Source: a bacterium
GTDB taxonomy: Bacteria; UBA8248
NCBI GenBank assembly: GCA_965225985.1
Contig: OZ245330.1
Coordinates: 2,010,019 to 2,074,018 of the forward strand
Reading direction: 5' to 3'
Length of the DNA: 64,000 bases
The notes below the pieces were generated by a model. That model searched no databases. It saw only the letters and a list, made by a program, of their open reading frames with translations, and was not told the origin of the DNA. This document shows positions 40,444 through 50,346 of this stretch, piece after piece. Every line of letters begins with the position of its first letter. Positions within the stretch are counted from its first letter, which is position 1. The translations under genes and the position numbers were made by a program.

Positions 40444-41220
40444 CTAACCCTTCCACTTGTAAAGCTCTAGGGAGCGCATCGCCAGGAAAAGACAAAAGAT
40501 ATTAACGGTTAAAAAGAACACGATGTCTTTCGTGTCGATGATTCCAAAAATAAAGTTCCGGGAATGAATGTTGAGCGAGAGATGGCGGAGGATCGCGCCG
40601 CCAACAGGGCTGACGGAAACCGATATAAAATCGAGAACAAAACTCAGGAGCAATATCAAAAAGGTGATCATCGCTGCGATGATCTGATTCGAGGTAATGG
40701 AGCTAGCAAACACCCCCAGTGAGAGGAAGGCGCTCCCGAGGAGAAGCATGCCCAGGTAGCCGGAAGCGATGATGCCCCAATCTACATCGACGAAAAACCA
40801 CACAATGAGCGGAAATACGAAAGTCATGCCCAGCATGACCAGGTACATTGTCAGAATGGCAAGATATTTGCCGGCGAGGATTTCTCCGTCGCGGATCGGG
40901 TAGGAAAGGAGGAGCTCTATCGTGCCCTCTTTCTTTTCCTCGCTGAAAAGCCTCATTGTCAGCAGAGGCGTGATAAATAGAAGGATGACGCTCACGATCG
41001 AGAATACGGGTTCGAGAATCGCCGATGTGGGAGTGATGTTCAGCCTCTGGGCCGCCTCAATGTTCCTTACGAGTTGCATGGAGAGGGCGGCGTACCGGGT
41101 AAAGGCGCTGGCGAAAAAAAAGCCCATAATAAGCGCCCAGGCGGTCATCACGACATATGCGATAGGGGAGAAGAAGAGGGAAGCGAGTTCCCGCCGGTAT
41201 ATGAGCCGAATGTTATACAT
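40444..41220 (-). CDS. ABC-2 type transporter permease (GldF-like)
   Basis: 258 aa with six predicted TM helices, typical of ABC-2 family permeases. Confidence 0.7.
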   Translation of the reverse strand: MYNIRLIYRRELASLFFSPIAYVVMTAWALIMGFFFASAFTRYAALSMQLVRNIEAAQRLNITPTSAILEPVFSIVSVILLFITPLLTMRLFSEEKKEGTIELLLSYPIRDGEILAGKYLAILTMYLVMLGMTFVFPLIVWFFVDVDWGIIASGYLGMLLLGSAFLSLGVFASSITSNQIIAAMITFLILLLSFVLDFISVSVSPVGGAILRHLSLNIHSRNFIFGIIDTKDIVFFLTVNIFCLFLAMRSLELYKWKG

Positions 41221-42184
41221 GGGTTTCTTCCTGCGTCCTCTGGTGCTCGCCGCCGACGATTTTCACAAAGAGCTCCTCCAGGGTGGCCTTTTCCTGGAAC
41301 AGTTCGGTGAGGCGTCCATTGGAGGCGGAAACTGCGGCGGCCAATTCTGAGCGAATTTCCGTTCCGCCCTTCACCTTTAATTCGAGATGAACCTCGCCGT
41401 CCCGCTCGGACATTTTTGTATTCACTTCTTTTACTCCGGGAACGGAGAGAAGACCATTTTTAATTTCCTCGCCCGGCCCAAGGGCGGAAATCCGGATGAC
41501 TTTATCCGAATGGATATCGCTCGTGAGGGTTTCCACCCCCCCCTCTGCCGCCACGCGTCCATGATGAATGATGAGGACGCGGTCGCAGATGACGCTGACC
41601 TCGGGGAGGATATGGGTACTCAAAATGATGGTCCGGCTGCCCCTGAGGTCGCGGATGAGGTTTCTGATTTCGACAATCTGAGAGGGATCCAGCCCGGTGG
41701 TAGGCTCGTCCAGGATCAGAACGGGGGGATCGTTCACGAGCGCCTGGGCGATGCCGACCCTTTGCCGAAATCCCTTGGAAATGTGCCCAATCAAGCGATT
41801 CGCCACATCGCCGAGCCCGCAACTTTCAATAACCTGGTTCACACCCGCCAATTGCTGCTTTCCCCGCATCCCTTTCACCGAGGCCACGAAATTGAGATAC
41901 GACCGAACCGTCATATCTTGGTAAAGGGGGGTGTTTTCAGGAAGGTAGCCAAGCCGTTTTTTCACCTCGAGAGGCTTTTCCGTAATATCAAAATCTTCCA
42001 CAAAGGCCGAACCGGATGTCGCGGGGATGTTGCCCGTGATAATTCGCATGGTGGTGGATTTTCCGGCGCCGTTCGGACCGAGAAAACCCAGAATCTCGCC
42101 CTTCTCCACCTTGAAAGAAATATTCTCAATGGCGGAAATCGAGCCGTAGCGCTTAGTCAGATTTTCCACTCGAATCAAGGCCAA
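41213..42184 (-). CDS. ABC transporter ATP-binding protein (GldA-like)
   Basis: Walker A (GPNGAGKST), ABC signature (LSGGMKQRL-like) and Walker B (ILDEPTTGLD). Overlaps the permease start (ATGA-type coupling). Confidence 0.85.
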   Translation of the reverse strand: MALIRVENLTKRYGSISAIENISFKVEKGEILGFLGPNGAGKSTTMRIITGNIPATSGSAFVEDFDITEKPLEVKKRLGYLPENTPLYQDMTVRSYLNFVASVKGMRGKQQLAGVNQVIESCGLGDVANRLIGHISKGFRQRVGIAQALVNDPPVLILDEPTTGLDPSQIVEIRNLIRDLRGSRTIILSTHILPEVSVICDRVLIIHHGRVAAEGGVETLTSDIHSDKVIRISALGPGEEIKNGLLSVPGVKEVNTKMSERDGEVHLELKVKGGTEIRSELAAAVSASNGRLTELFQEKATLEELFVKIVGGEHQRTQEETHV

Positions 42185-42593
42185 TCTCCGATAAACTGTC
42201 TTATATAGAAGCGATAGATTTCGTTTTCTCCCGCCAATTTTTTTGCTTTAAACGAGGCCAAGTTCCATCTTCCGTGGCCGGAATGACGGGACTTGTATCC
42301 ACGAAATGAAACACGCCAAAATGATTGTGCGGGTACAAAATTCCAAAAATATCCATTTCGAATCATAAGTCTGTGTTTTATAGCTACTTTCAGCCATTAC
42401 TTCAATGCAAAGGAGTTATAACCTTGGATTTCCGATTGATTTCTATAGACTATTCTCGGGTTCTTTTCAAGACAAAACAAGTTAATCACCCGAATATTTC
42501 ATAGGAAATTTTTATGCACTTCCTGATAGAGACAAAGTAAAATACATTGCAAATCAATAATAAATCATACGATAGATTAAATGCTCATCGAAA

Positions 42594-43631
42594 TTACCGG
42601 GGGGAGAGGCCATTCCTTCCGAATACCGAGAGATGGCCTCGTTTGGCGGCCTTTTCCAGAATTGCAGGCGCATCCAGCACCAAAGGGCCCTTCCGGTTCA
42701 ACTGAATCTGTACTTTATCGCCCCGCCCGAGGCTGAGTTCCCGCTCTCCGTCAAAGGCGAGAACGCCCGCAGACCGAAGCGATAACTCCACCGGCTCTGA
42801 GATAATCATCCGCCGCGACATTCGGATCCGGGCCGCTGCGAGGAGGCCGGGGCCGATCGGGGAAAGGACCCGCTTCCCCCTGCGCTCTCCCCTACTTCCG
42901 AACTCGAGCCAGATGCCGTGAGGCTCTTCCGGCCCGACCGGGTCCACGCTCGCTCCGATGGCGGAAAGCCCCAAGACACCGGGGCGGCCTTGGGTGAGGG
43001 CCAGCGCCTCGATGTTGTCCAGGTCCCAAATCGCCCGGGCGCCCGTGTGCTCGGTGCGCAAAACAGCCACATCAATGAGGGCTATCTCCTCTGCATGGCC
43101 GCGGACGCGAACGCGCAGACGCTTTGTCTGTAGAATCTGCTCTCTGTACCTGCGGGGATGCAATGCGTAGAGCCCCGCCCCCAGGCCCGCGACGGTTCCC
43201 TCCCAATCCATCGGGAAAGCGTTGTTGGTCCCTGTTGAAAGCGGGACGAGGGGTTTATTCCCACATCCCTTTGCGGCGGCTCGGCTCGTTCCGTCCCCCC
43301 CCACGACCACGATGCAGGAGACCCCTCGCTCGGCCATGGCATTTGCCGCCAGGGTCGTATCCCTCCCGTCTCCGATTGCGGTCATTGAGAGAAGGCGGCC
43401 CTTAAGCTTGACCCCTCGAGGCAAATCCCCGAGCCCGTCGAGCGCCGCCTCGCCCAACGACCCGGAATCGTTGTAGACGAGGGCCTCCCGCACCCCTGCC
43501 GCGGCGAGTCCCGCCAGAACCCTGCGAAGGATCAAGACTTTCTCGTGGTTGCTGAACGAGCTGGCGAGTGTCACGAGCCGGCGGATATCTTTTCCCGACT
43601 GGGGATTTGCGATGATCCCGACGCGGGGCAA
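42594..43631 (-). CDS. ATP-NAD kinase / diacylglycerol-kinase-like family protein
   Basis: GGDGT motif (VVVGGDGTSR) and overall PF01513-like architecture. Confidence 0.6.
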   Translation of the reverse strand: MPRVGIIANPQSGKDIRRLVTLASSFSNHEKVLILRRVLAGLAAAGVREALVYNDSGSLGEAALDGLGDLPRGVKLKGRLLSMTAIGDGRDTTLAANAMAERGVSCIVVVGGDGTSRAAAKGCGNKPLVPLSTGTNNAFPMDWEGTVAGLGAGLYALHPRRYREQILQTKRLRVRVRGHAEEIALIDVAVLRTEHTGARAIWDLDNIEALALTQGRPGVLGLSAIGASVDPVGPEEPHGIWLEFGSRGERRGKRVLSPIGPGLLAAARIRMSRRMIISEPVELSLRSAGVLAFDGERELSLGRGDKVQIQLNRKGPLVLDAPAILEKAAKRGHLSVFGRNGLSPR

Positions 43632-43729
43632 TTTGCCTCCCTCCGCATAGTCTGAAATGACAACATCTTTTCATGTACATTCTTAAGCTGCCTGTGACAA
43701 CCTGGACGCGGAGACCCGATTTTTCAAGG

Positions 43730-43759
43730 GCCGATTTCTTCTTAGCCGATTTCTTCTTA
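43730..43759. repeat. Tandem direct repeat 2 x 15 bp (gccgatttcttctta)
   Basis: Perfect tandem duplication in the intergenic region upstream of glycerate kinase. Confidence 0.7.
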
Positions 43760-43906
43760 AATGAGGCCGGGAGGCGTGGATCGCCCAGCAGGAATTTTCC
43801 TTAGCCGGCGGGAGGGAAGGTTAACCCCGCTCACACAGATCCCGGCGGGATGCCGAATGGGTGGGGAAAATCGTAATATTTGCCCGGCCGGACTTGAGAG
43901 TGGCCA

Positions 43907-43931
43907 GAAAAGCGGGGCTTGCCCGCTTTTC
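43907..43931 (+). promoter_or_regulatory. Perfect 10-bp stem hairpin (GAAAAGCGGG-GCTTG-CCCGCTTTTC) in the glycerate kinase 5' region
   Basis: Inverted repeat seen directly, about 165 bp upstream of the start codon. Possible attenuator or terminator-like element. Confidence 0.35.
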
Positions 43932-44094
43932 ATAATATTCCTTACGGCGCACCCCCGCTTGTGGGTGTCCGGAGAAGCGGGTGGCAATGGTTCAAGGAAA
44001 ACCGGGGAAAAAGGCAGGGTCGCCAATCAGAACGATTAGGAACAAGAATTTACGAAAAAAAAGATCATCCACCCTCATCCGCCGGCACGCGGAG

Positions 44095-45402
44095 ATGATC
44101 TTCCGGGCGGGGCTGGCCTCGGTCCGGGCGGATACCGCAGTTTTCCATTGTCTTTCCCGGGAAAAAACGGAAAAAGGCGAACGCCTCCGGTGCGGGAGGT
44201 GGAGGATTCCCCTCCGGCCGGGCGGCCGGCTCATCGTGGTGGGGGCGGGCAAGGCGGCGGCGGATATGGCCCGCGCCGCGGAAAAAATCCTGGGGAGGCG
44301 CATTCACGGAGGGGTGGTGGTCACCAAGTACGGGCACGGGAAAAAATGCCGCCGGGTGGAGGTCATCGAAGCGAGCCACCCCGTCCCGGACGCCGCAGGT
44401 GTGAGGGCGGCCGGTCGAATCGGGGATTGGGTCGACGCGGCGGGCCCGGAGGACTTGGTCCTCTTCCTCCTCTCCGGCGGCGCTTCCGCCCTCATGCCCG
44501 CCCCCGCCGAAGGGCTGGTGCTTGCGGACAAGCAAAAAGTGACCGACGCCATGCTCCGCGGGGGCGCCCCCATCGAGGCGCTCAACTGCGTTCGAAAGCA
44601 CCTCTCCCAGCTCAAGGGAGGCCATCTCGCCCGCCGGGCGGCGCCCGCCCGCGTGCTCGTCCTCGTCGTTTCCGACGTGATCGGGGACCCGCTCGATGTT
44701 ATCGGCTCCGGCCCCGCCGCGGGCGATTTCACCGGCTTTTCCGATGCGAGAAGGCTGATGGAGCGATTCGGCGCCTGGCAAAGCGCCCCGAGGGCTGTGC
44801 GTCGCCATATCGAAAGGGGCGTCGCGGGCCTGACCGCAGAGACGCCTCTCCCGGGAAGTCCCCCGCTCGGGCGGGTGCGTCATGTCGTGGTGGCGAATAA
44901 TGAAACCGCCTTGAGAGCTGCGCGCGCCAAGGCCCGCTCCCTGGGCTACCGGGCGGCGATTCTCACCCGCCGCTTGCGTGGAGAGGCCCGTGAGATGGGC
45001 ATATTATTTGCATCTTTGGCGGCGGAGATGAAATCCGAGGGAAGGCCTCTCCGCCCGCCCGCCTGCCTCTTAACCGGGGGGGAGACCACCGTTACCGTGC
45101 GCGGAAAGGGGATAGGGGGAAGATGCCAGGAGATGGCTCTTTCTTTTGCGATTGAGGCCGCCGGGCGGGAAGAAATCGGGTTGCTGGCGGCCGGGACGGA
45201 CGGGACGGACGGCCCGACGGATGCCGCGGGCGCCTTTTCTGACGGGCAGACGGAAAAATGGGCAAAAAAGAGAATTATTGACATGGAGACTCTCCTGCGA
45301 GACAATAATAGTAATGAATTTTTTAGAAAAGCTAGATCTTTGCATATTACTGGTCCCACGGGTACGAATGTAATGGACGTCACAGTCCTGATTGTTAGAT
45401 AA
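44095..45402 (+). CDS. Glycerate kinase (MOFRL family; glycerate 2-kinase / hydroxypyruvate reductase-associated)
   Basis: MOFRL architecture with the conserved VVGAGKAAADMA and HLSQLKGGHLAR segments. Start chosen at MIFRAG (ORF open upstream to 43981). Confidence 0.75.
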   Translation: MIFRAGLASVRADTAVFHCLSREKTEKGERLRCGRWRIPLRPGGRLIVVGAGKAAADMARAAEKILGRRIHGGVVVTKYGHGKKCRRVEVIEASHPVPDAAGVRAAGRIGDWVDAAGPEDLVLFLLSGGASALMPAPAEGLVLADKQKVTDAMLRGGAPIEALNCVRKHLSQLKGGHLARRAAPARVLVLVVSDVIGDPLDVIGSGPAAGDFTGFSDARRLMERFGAWQSAPRAVRRHIERGVAGLTAETPLPGSPPLGRVRHVVVANNETALRAARAKARSLGYRAAILTRRLRGEAREMGILFASLAAEMKSEGRPLRPPACLLTGGETTVTVRGKGIGGRCQEMALSFAIEAAGREEIGLLAAGTDGTDGPTDAAGAFSDGQTEKWAKKRIIDMETLLRDNNSNEFFRKARSLHITGPTGTNVMDVTVLIVR

Positions 45403-46225
45403 TGCAGGGAGTTTCAATCAATTGGATGTGCTTGTCACCGGACTGCCCGGCCGGAAGGAAGAAAGAGCGTTGGAAAACGCCCGTACAAGTGCCCGATTGT
45501 GCGGCATTATTGGCTTGTGTCTTCTAGCAGGGGGGATTCATCCCTCCCTTTCCCAGAGCGCCGGGAATTCCGTTCGTATCAGCAGTTATAATCAGTCACA
45601 AGAGTTGGGCTCCGACGGCATTCCCAAGGGCTGGCGCCTGAAGGTATGGCAGGGCCGGCCGGACCTGAAGCTCGTGAACGGGCTCGGTTCGGGAGACAAG
45701 GCCATCCGGATGCGGAGCGAAAAGGCTTCGGTTGCGCTGTATCGAGATCTGAAAATTGATCTGAAAACCTATCCGACGCTTTCCTGGCAGTGGAAAGTGA
45801 CGAAACTTCCGCAGGGCGCCGACGCCCGCATCAAAAACAAAGACGATCAGGCGGCCGGCGTGTATGCCATTTTTCCCCGTTTCCCCTCACTGTTCAACAG
45901 CCGCCTCATCGGGTACGTTTGGGATTCGAGCGTGCCCGAGGGCACCGTTTTGCAGAGCCGCAAAAGCCCCCAGATTTACTATATTGTCATTCAAAGCGGC
46001 CGCGGAAAAATGAACGCCTGGATCAATGAGGAGCGGGACGTTTACGCAGACTACCAAATGGTTTTCGGCGAAGACCCCCCCAAGGTGGGAGCCCTCTCCT
46101 TGACGATTGATACGGACGATACTCGCTCCAAGGCGGAGAGTTTCTTCGGCCGAATCGCATTCACCAACAAACACGCCAAAGCTCCTTCCCCGGAATCGAA
46201 CAAATTCGCGAAAATTATCGATTAA
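45392..46225 (+). CDS. Secreted DUF3047-like protein
   Basis: Signal-like hydrophobic segment (LCGIIGLCLLAGG). Aromatic-rich region (LSWQWKVTKLP) is reminiscent of DUF3047, but this is uncertain. Confidence 0.45.
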   Translation: MLDNAGSFNQLDVLVTGLPGRKEERALENARTSARLCGIIGLCLLAGGIHPSLSQSAGNSVRISSYNQSQELGSDGIPKGWRLKVWQGRPDLKLVNGLGSGDKAIRMRSEKASVALYRDLKIDLKTYPTLSWQWKVTKLPQGADARIKNKDDQAAGVYAIFPRFPSLFNSRLIGYVWDSSVPEGTVLQSRKSPQIYYIVIQSGRGKMNAWINEERDVYADYQMVFGEDPPKVGALSLTIDTDDTRSKAESFFGRIAFTNKHAKAPSPESNKFAKIID

Positions 46226-46347
46226 GATCATCCCCCTTGCCGTTGGTTGTCCAAGCAACAGGCCGCTTTCGCCGCGGGCTCTTTCTCGCCTAGAATAGCC
46301 GGGCGTTTCTTTCGCGATTTTTTTTCGAAAGAAACCGGGAGGGCAAA

Positions 46348-47763
46348 ATGGCTCGGACCAAAATCGTCTGCACGCTGGGGCCTGCGAGCGCGCATGCGTT
46401 CACCCTGCGCTCGATGATCCGCGCCGGGATGGACGTCGCCCGCCTGAACCTCTCGCACGGAGAACCCGCCGAGCACCGGGCCACCATCAAAAAAGTCCGG
46501 AAACTCGCGTTGGAAGAAGGCCGCGCCGTCGCCATCCTGGCCGACCTTGCGGGCCCAAAATTCCGCCTGGGCAGGGTATCTGACAATCAAATCCTGCGGG
46601 AAGGGCGCAGGGTCCGGCTCGTGAGCCGGTCGATCGTGGGAACCGCGGCGCACCTTTCAGTGACCCGGCCCAAAGAGCTCCTGCCTGCCCTCAAGCGCGG
46701 CGACCGGGTCATGATCCATGATGGCAACATCGAACTCGAGGTCCAGGTGCCCGGCGAGAATGAGGTCACCTGCCGTGTGGTCATCGGTGGCGCGCTGAAG
46801 GAAGGAGCGGGCATCAACCTGCCGAGAACCACTTTGGACATTGATTGCCTGACCCCCAAAGACAAGAAGGATATCGTCTTCTGCGTAAAGCAGGATGTGG
46901 ACTTCATCGGGCTCTCTTTCGTGCGCACCGCAAAGGACGTGCAGGATTGCCGGGATGTGATCAAGGCCAACAACGGGAAGATAGCGATCATCGCCAAGTT
47001 GGAAAAAAGCGAAGCCGTCGCTAACCTCAAGGAAATCATCGACACCTCCGACGGGGTAATGGTCGCGCGCGGGGACCTGGGAATCGAGATTCCCCTCGAG
47101 TATGTGCCCATCGCCCAAAAGCGCATCATCGCGTACGCCAATCGGAAGGGAAAACCGGTAATCACGGCGACAGAGATGCTCCTGACGATGGTCAGCGCCC
47201 CCCGTCCCACCCGGGCCGAGGCGGCGGATGTCGCCAACGCCATCATTGACGGAACCGATGCCGTGATGCTGAGTGAAGAGACGGCCAAGGGGAAAAATCC
47301 AACGGAAGTGGTCCGGATGATGGAGCGGATCGCGCACGCCTCCGAGGAGGACATGTTCCAGAAATCGCATGCCCACCTGCGGGAACAAAGTTTCATACCC
47401 GACCTGGCCCACGCCGTCGCGCACAGCGCGGTCATCCTCGCCGATGAGATCGGCGCCTCCCTCATCATCAGCCCCACAGACTCGGGCGACACCCCCCGCC
47501 GTCTCGCCCGCCACCGCCCGAAGCAGACCGTTCTCGCCCTGAGCACCTCGTTCCGTACAGTAAGGCGCCTCGCCCTTTCCTGGGGCGTCATCCCCTGGAA
47601 GATCTCCCGGCGGATACCCACGGACCGAATATTGTCCCAGATGCGGGAACGCCTTCTCGCCGAAGGCCTTGGGAAGGAAAGCGACCTGGCGGTGATTGCC
47701 GCCGGGTATCCTTTCGGGGCGAATACGATCACGGGCCGCATCATCCAAACAGAAGCCATATGA
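46348..47763 (+). CDS. pyk: Pyruvate kinase
   Basis: N-terminal MARTKIVCTLGPAS, K+/Mg2+-site residues and MVARGDLGIE motif, with the full PK barrel and C-terminal domain. Confidence 0.85.
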   Translation: MARTKIVCTLGPASAHAFTLRSMIRAGMDVARLNLSHGEPAEHRATIKKVRKLALEEGRAVAILADLAGPKFRLGRVSDNQILREGRRVRLVSRSIVGTAAHLSVTRPKELLPALKRGDRVMIHDGNIELEVQVPGENEVTCRVVIGGALKEGAGINLPRTTLDIDCLTPKDKKDIVFCVKQDVDFIGLSFVRTAKDVQDCRDVIKANNGKIAIIAKLEKSEAVANLKEIIDTSDGVMVARGDLGIEIPLEYVPIAQKRIIAYANRKGKPVITATEMLLTMVSAPRPTRAEAADVANAIIDGTDAVMLSEETAKGKNPTEVVRMMERIAHASEEDMFQKSHAHLREQSFIPDLAHAVAHSAVILADEIGASLIISPTDSGDTPRRLARHRPKQTVLALSTSFRTVRRLALSWGVIPWKISRRIPTDRILSQMRERLLAEGLGKESDLAVIAAGYPFGANTITGRIIQTEAI

Positions 47764-48710
47764 GCGAAATGGAGCCGGAACCCGCCCTCCTCGCCATCGA
47801 TTTGGGAGGCACTCGGGTGAAGATCTCCCGTTTCGCCCCCGATGGCACGCGCGAAGAGACTTCCGGGGGCGACACCGCTTCCCAAACCTCGGCGGAGGAC
47901 CTCGTTCGTCTTCTGCGGTCCGTTTCCGTCCAACTCCTCGAAGGGCGTCAGCTGCGGGGGGTCGGCATCGGGGTGGCGGGCGTGCTCGACCCGGTGGCGG
48001 GCCGAATTGTCCAATCTCCCAACCTGCCCTACATGGACGGATTCCCCCTTCGCGAAAAATTGGAATCCGAGTTAGGGGCGCCGGTGACTATGATGAACGA
48101 CGCGAACGCCGCCGCCCTCGGAGAGTACTTCGCCGGTGCGCCAGGGGCCTCGGGAAGCATGTTTCTGCTTACCCTGGGCACGGGGGTCGGCGGCGCCTTT
48201 GTCCAGGACGGGCGGATCTGGGAAGGGGCGGCGGGGATGGCCGGAGAGGTGGGCCACATGTGCATCATGGTCGGCGGCCCCGGCTGCCACTGCGGGGGAA
48301 AGGGTTGCCTGGAGGCTTTGTGTTCCGGCTGGGCGCTCGTGCGGGACGCGAAAAAGCTCGCCGCCGAGAAAAAATCCTCCGCCATCGCGGGCCTCGACCC
48401 CATCACCCCCGAGTCGCTCGCCGCCCTCGGCGAATCGGGCGATGCGGACGCGCTCGCGCTCTGGGAACGGGCGGGGACGATGCTTGGCATGGGCATGGCG
48501 AACTTGATGAACCTTTTGAATCCGGACTGCCTTGTCCTGGCCGGCGGTCTCGCCAAGGCGGGCGGCCTCCTGCTGGAGCCGGCGCGGCAATCCTGGGAGC
48601 GTCACGCATTCGAGCGGGCCTGGACCTCGACCGAGGTGCATTTCAGCGCCTTGGGCGAGTGGGCCGGGGTCCGGGGAGCGATTCAGCCCTTTTTGGAAGC
48701 CGCCACTTGA
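47760..48710 (+). CDS. ROK family glucokinase
   Basis: ATPase motif LAIDLGGTRVK and ROK zinc motif CHCGGKGCLE. Start overlaps the pyk stop (ATGA). Confidence 0.8.
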   Translation: MSEMEPEPALLAIDLGGTRVKISRFAPDGTREETSGGDTASQTSAEDLVRLLRSVSVQLLEGRQLRGVGIGVAGVLDPVAGRIVQSPNLPYMDGFPLREKLESELGAPVTMMNDANAAALGEYFAGAPGASGSMFLLTLGTGVGGAFVQDGRIWEGAAGMAGEVGHMCIMVGGPGCHCGGKGCLEALCSGWALVRDAKKLAAEKKSSAIAGLDPITPESLAALGESGDADALALWERAGTMLGMGMANLMNLLNPDCLVLAGGLAKAGGLLLEPARQSWERHAFERAWTSTEVHFSALGEWAGVRGAIQPFLEAAT

Positions 48711-48726
48711 TCGAAAGGTCGGGCGA

Positions 48727-49638
48727 ATGAGGCCCTTTTTGAGCCGGCTCTTGATTTTCCTGGCGGTCCTCTTTCTGCTCTGCGCCGCGCCCGCCTCCTC
48801 CATGGAGGGAAAAAAGGCGCCGCCGCTCCCGTTCCGGGGCGGGGAGACCCTGATTTTCAAGCTTCACTGGATGGGGCCCCCTGTCGGCCGGACCTCCCTT
48901 TCCGTGACGGGACCCATTGCCTGGAAGGGAAAACGGGTATTCCGCTTCCAGGCCCGGACGATCACCGTCGGTTGGCTGAACCGCGTGTACCCGGTGAACG
49001 ACATCGCCGAGAGCCATGTGGACGCGCGGGGGCTCTTCAGCTACCGGTTCGAGTTGCGCCAGCGCGAGGGACGGTACCGGAGCCACAAGTGGTACACGTT
49101 CGAGGGGCGCCGGGCCACCTACGTCAGGGCCACCCGCCCGCCCCGCCACTATGAAACCCCCGGTGAGGTGCAAGACGCCTTGAGCGCCTTTTACCGGGTG
49201 CGCTCGCTCCGCCTGCGGGCCGGTGAGGTGGTGGAGGTTCCCGTATTCGACAGCAAGAAAAATTGGCGCGTGAAGGTGACCGTGCTCCGGCGCGAACGGT
49301 TGAAGTCTCCCTGGGGCAGGATTGCAACGCTCCTCATCGAGCCCGAGATCAAGAGCGACAGCTTCTTTCGCAGCCGGGGAAAGGTCCGGCTCTGGGTGAC
49401 CGAGGATCGGCTCCATGTGCCCGTCCGCCTGGAGGGAAGAAGCGTACTCGGGCCCTTCGCGGCCCACCTCATCGAGACCCGCGGACTGCCCTCCGGCCCC
49501 CTTGCGGGGCCGCCCTTGAAAATGCCCGGAGAGGTCCGGCCCGGCGCGAAAGCCCGCAAAAAAATCGCCTTCCCGGCAAAACACGCCCGGAATGGTCTTC
49601 AGGATAGACAGATAAAAACTTTACAATCAATTATTTGA
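48727..49638 (+). CDS. DUF3108 domain-containing secreted protein
   Basis: Signal peptide (LLIFLAVLFLLCAAPASS) followed by a beta-rich region resembling DUF3108. Confidence 0.5.
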   Translation: MRPFLSRLLIFLAVLFLLCAAPASSMEGKKAPPLPFRGGETLIFKLHWMGPPVGRTSLSVTGPIAWKGKRVFRFQARTITVGWLNRVYPVNDIAESHVDARGLFSYRFELRQREGRYRSHKWYTFEGRRATYVRATRPPRHYETPGEVQDALSAFYRVRSLRLRAGEVVEVPVFDSKKNWRVKVTVLRRERLKSPWGRIATLLIEPEIKSDSFFRSRGKVRLWVTEDRLHVPVRLEGRSVLGPFAAHLIETRGLPSGPLAGPPLKMPGEVRPGAKARKKIAFPAKHARNGLQDRQIKTLQSII

Positions 49639-49788
49639 TTAATATCTACAAGAATGCACATGAAATTATGACCCCGCTCCATACCTTTCCAATCTTCAGG
49701 GGGAATTTGACAATTACCTGAAGTTAATTTACCTTAACAGTGTTTTAGATGCTTAATTTAGAATGGAATTCATTTGCGAGGATTTGCG

Positions 49789-50346
49789 ATGCCCACCCTT
49801 CACGCCCGTCCCCCCAAGCAGCTCTCCCCCAGTCTGGAGCACTATCTCCGCGCCATTTATGACCTCCAGCAGGAAAAGGGCTATGCCCGCGTCACGGACA
49901 TCGCCGAGCAGGTGGGGGTTGCCAAGCCCGCCGTCTCCGCCGCCCTCAAAACCCTCCGGGAGGGCGGCCTTGTCGATTACCGGGCGTACGAAAGCATTCT
50001 TCTTACCGAAAAAGGCGCCGAGCGGGCCAAGGGCGTTTCGGGCAGATTCGCGATCCTCTCCCAATTTCTTTGCGAGGTCCTCGGCGTCGATGAGCAGCAG
50101 GCGTTGGTGGACGCCTGCCTGATGGAGCACTTCGTGAGCGGGAGCACCATGGACCGCCTCCTGGATCTTTTGCGGTTTTTCGAGGAAAAATCCCAGCAGG
50201 AGAATCTGGAAGCCTTCCGCGAGTTCCGGCGGGCGTGCGAGAGTGAGTTGACCTGTCCCGCCTGCTCTTTTCACTGCGATATCGTCACCCATGACCCCGG
50301 CGATCCGGCCCCCGGCGCCAAACAGACTCCTCCGGTCCGAAAGTGA
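49789..50346 (+). CDS. DtxR/MntR family metal-dependent transcriptional regulator with an extra C-terminal Cys cluster
   Basis: N-terminal HTH (SPSLEHYLRAIYDL) plus metal-binding and dimerisation region. C-terminal CESELTCPACSFHCD is not typical of DtxR. Confidence 0.75.
   Translation: MPTLHARPPKQLSPSLEHYLRAIYDLQQEKGYARVTDIAEQVGVAKPAVSAALKTLREGGLVDYRAYESILLTEKGAERAKGVSGRFAILSQFLCEVLGVDEQQALVDACLMEHFVSGSTMDRLLDLLRFFEEKSQQENLEAFREFRRACESELTCPACSFHCDIVTHDPGDPAPGAKQTPPVRK

Noticed and set aside
42185-42593. 20-aa mini-ORF (MKHAKMIVRVQNSKNIHFES) in the AT-rich region upstream of the ABC operon.
   Set aside because: AT-rich DNA generates such short ORFs by chance, and there is no supporting motif.
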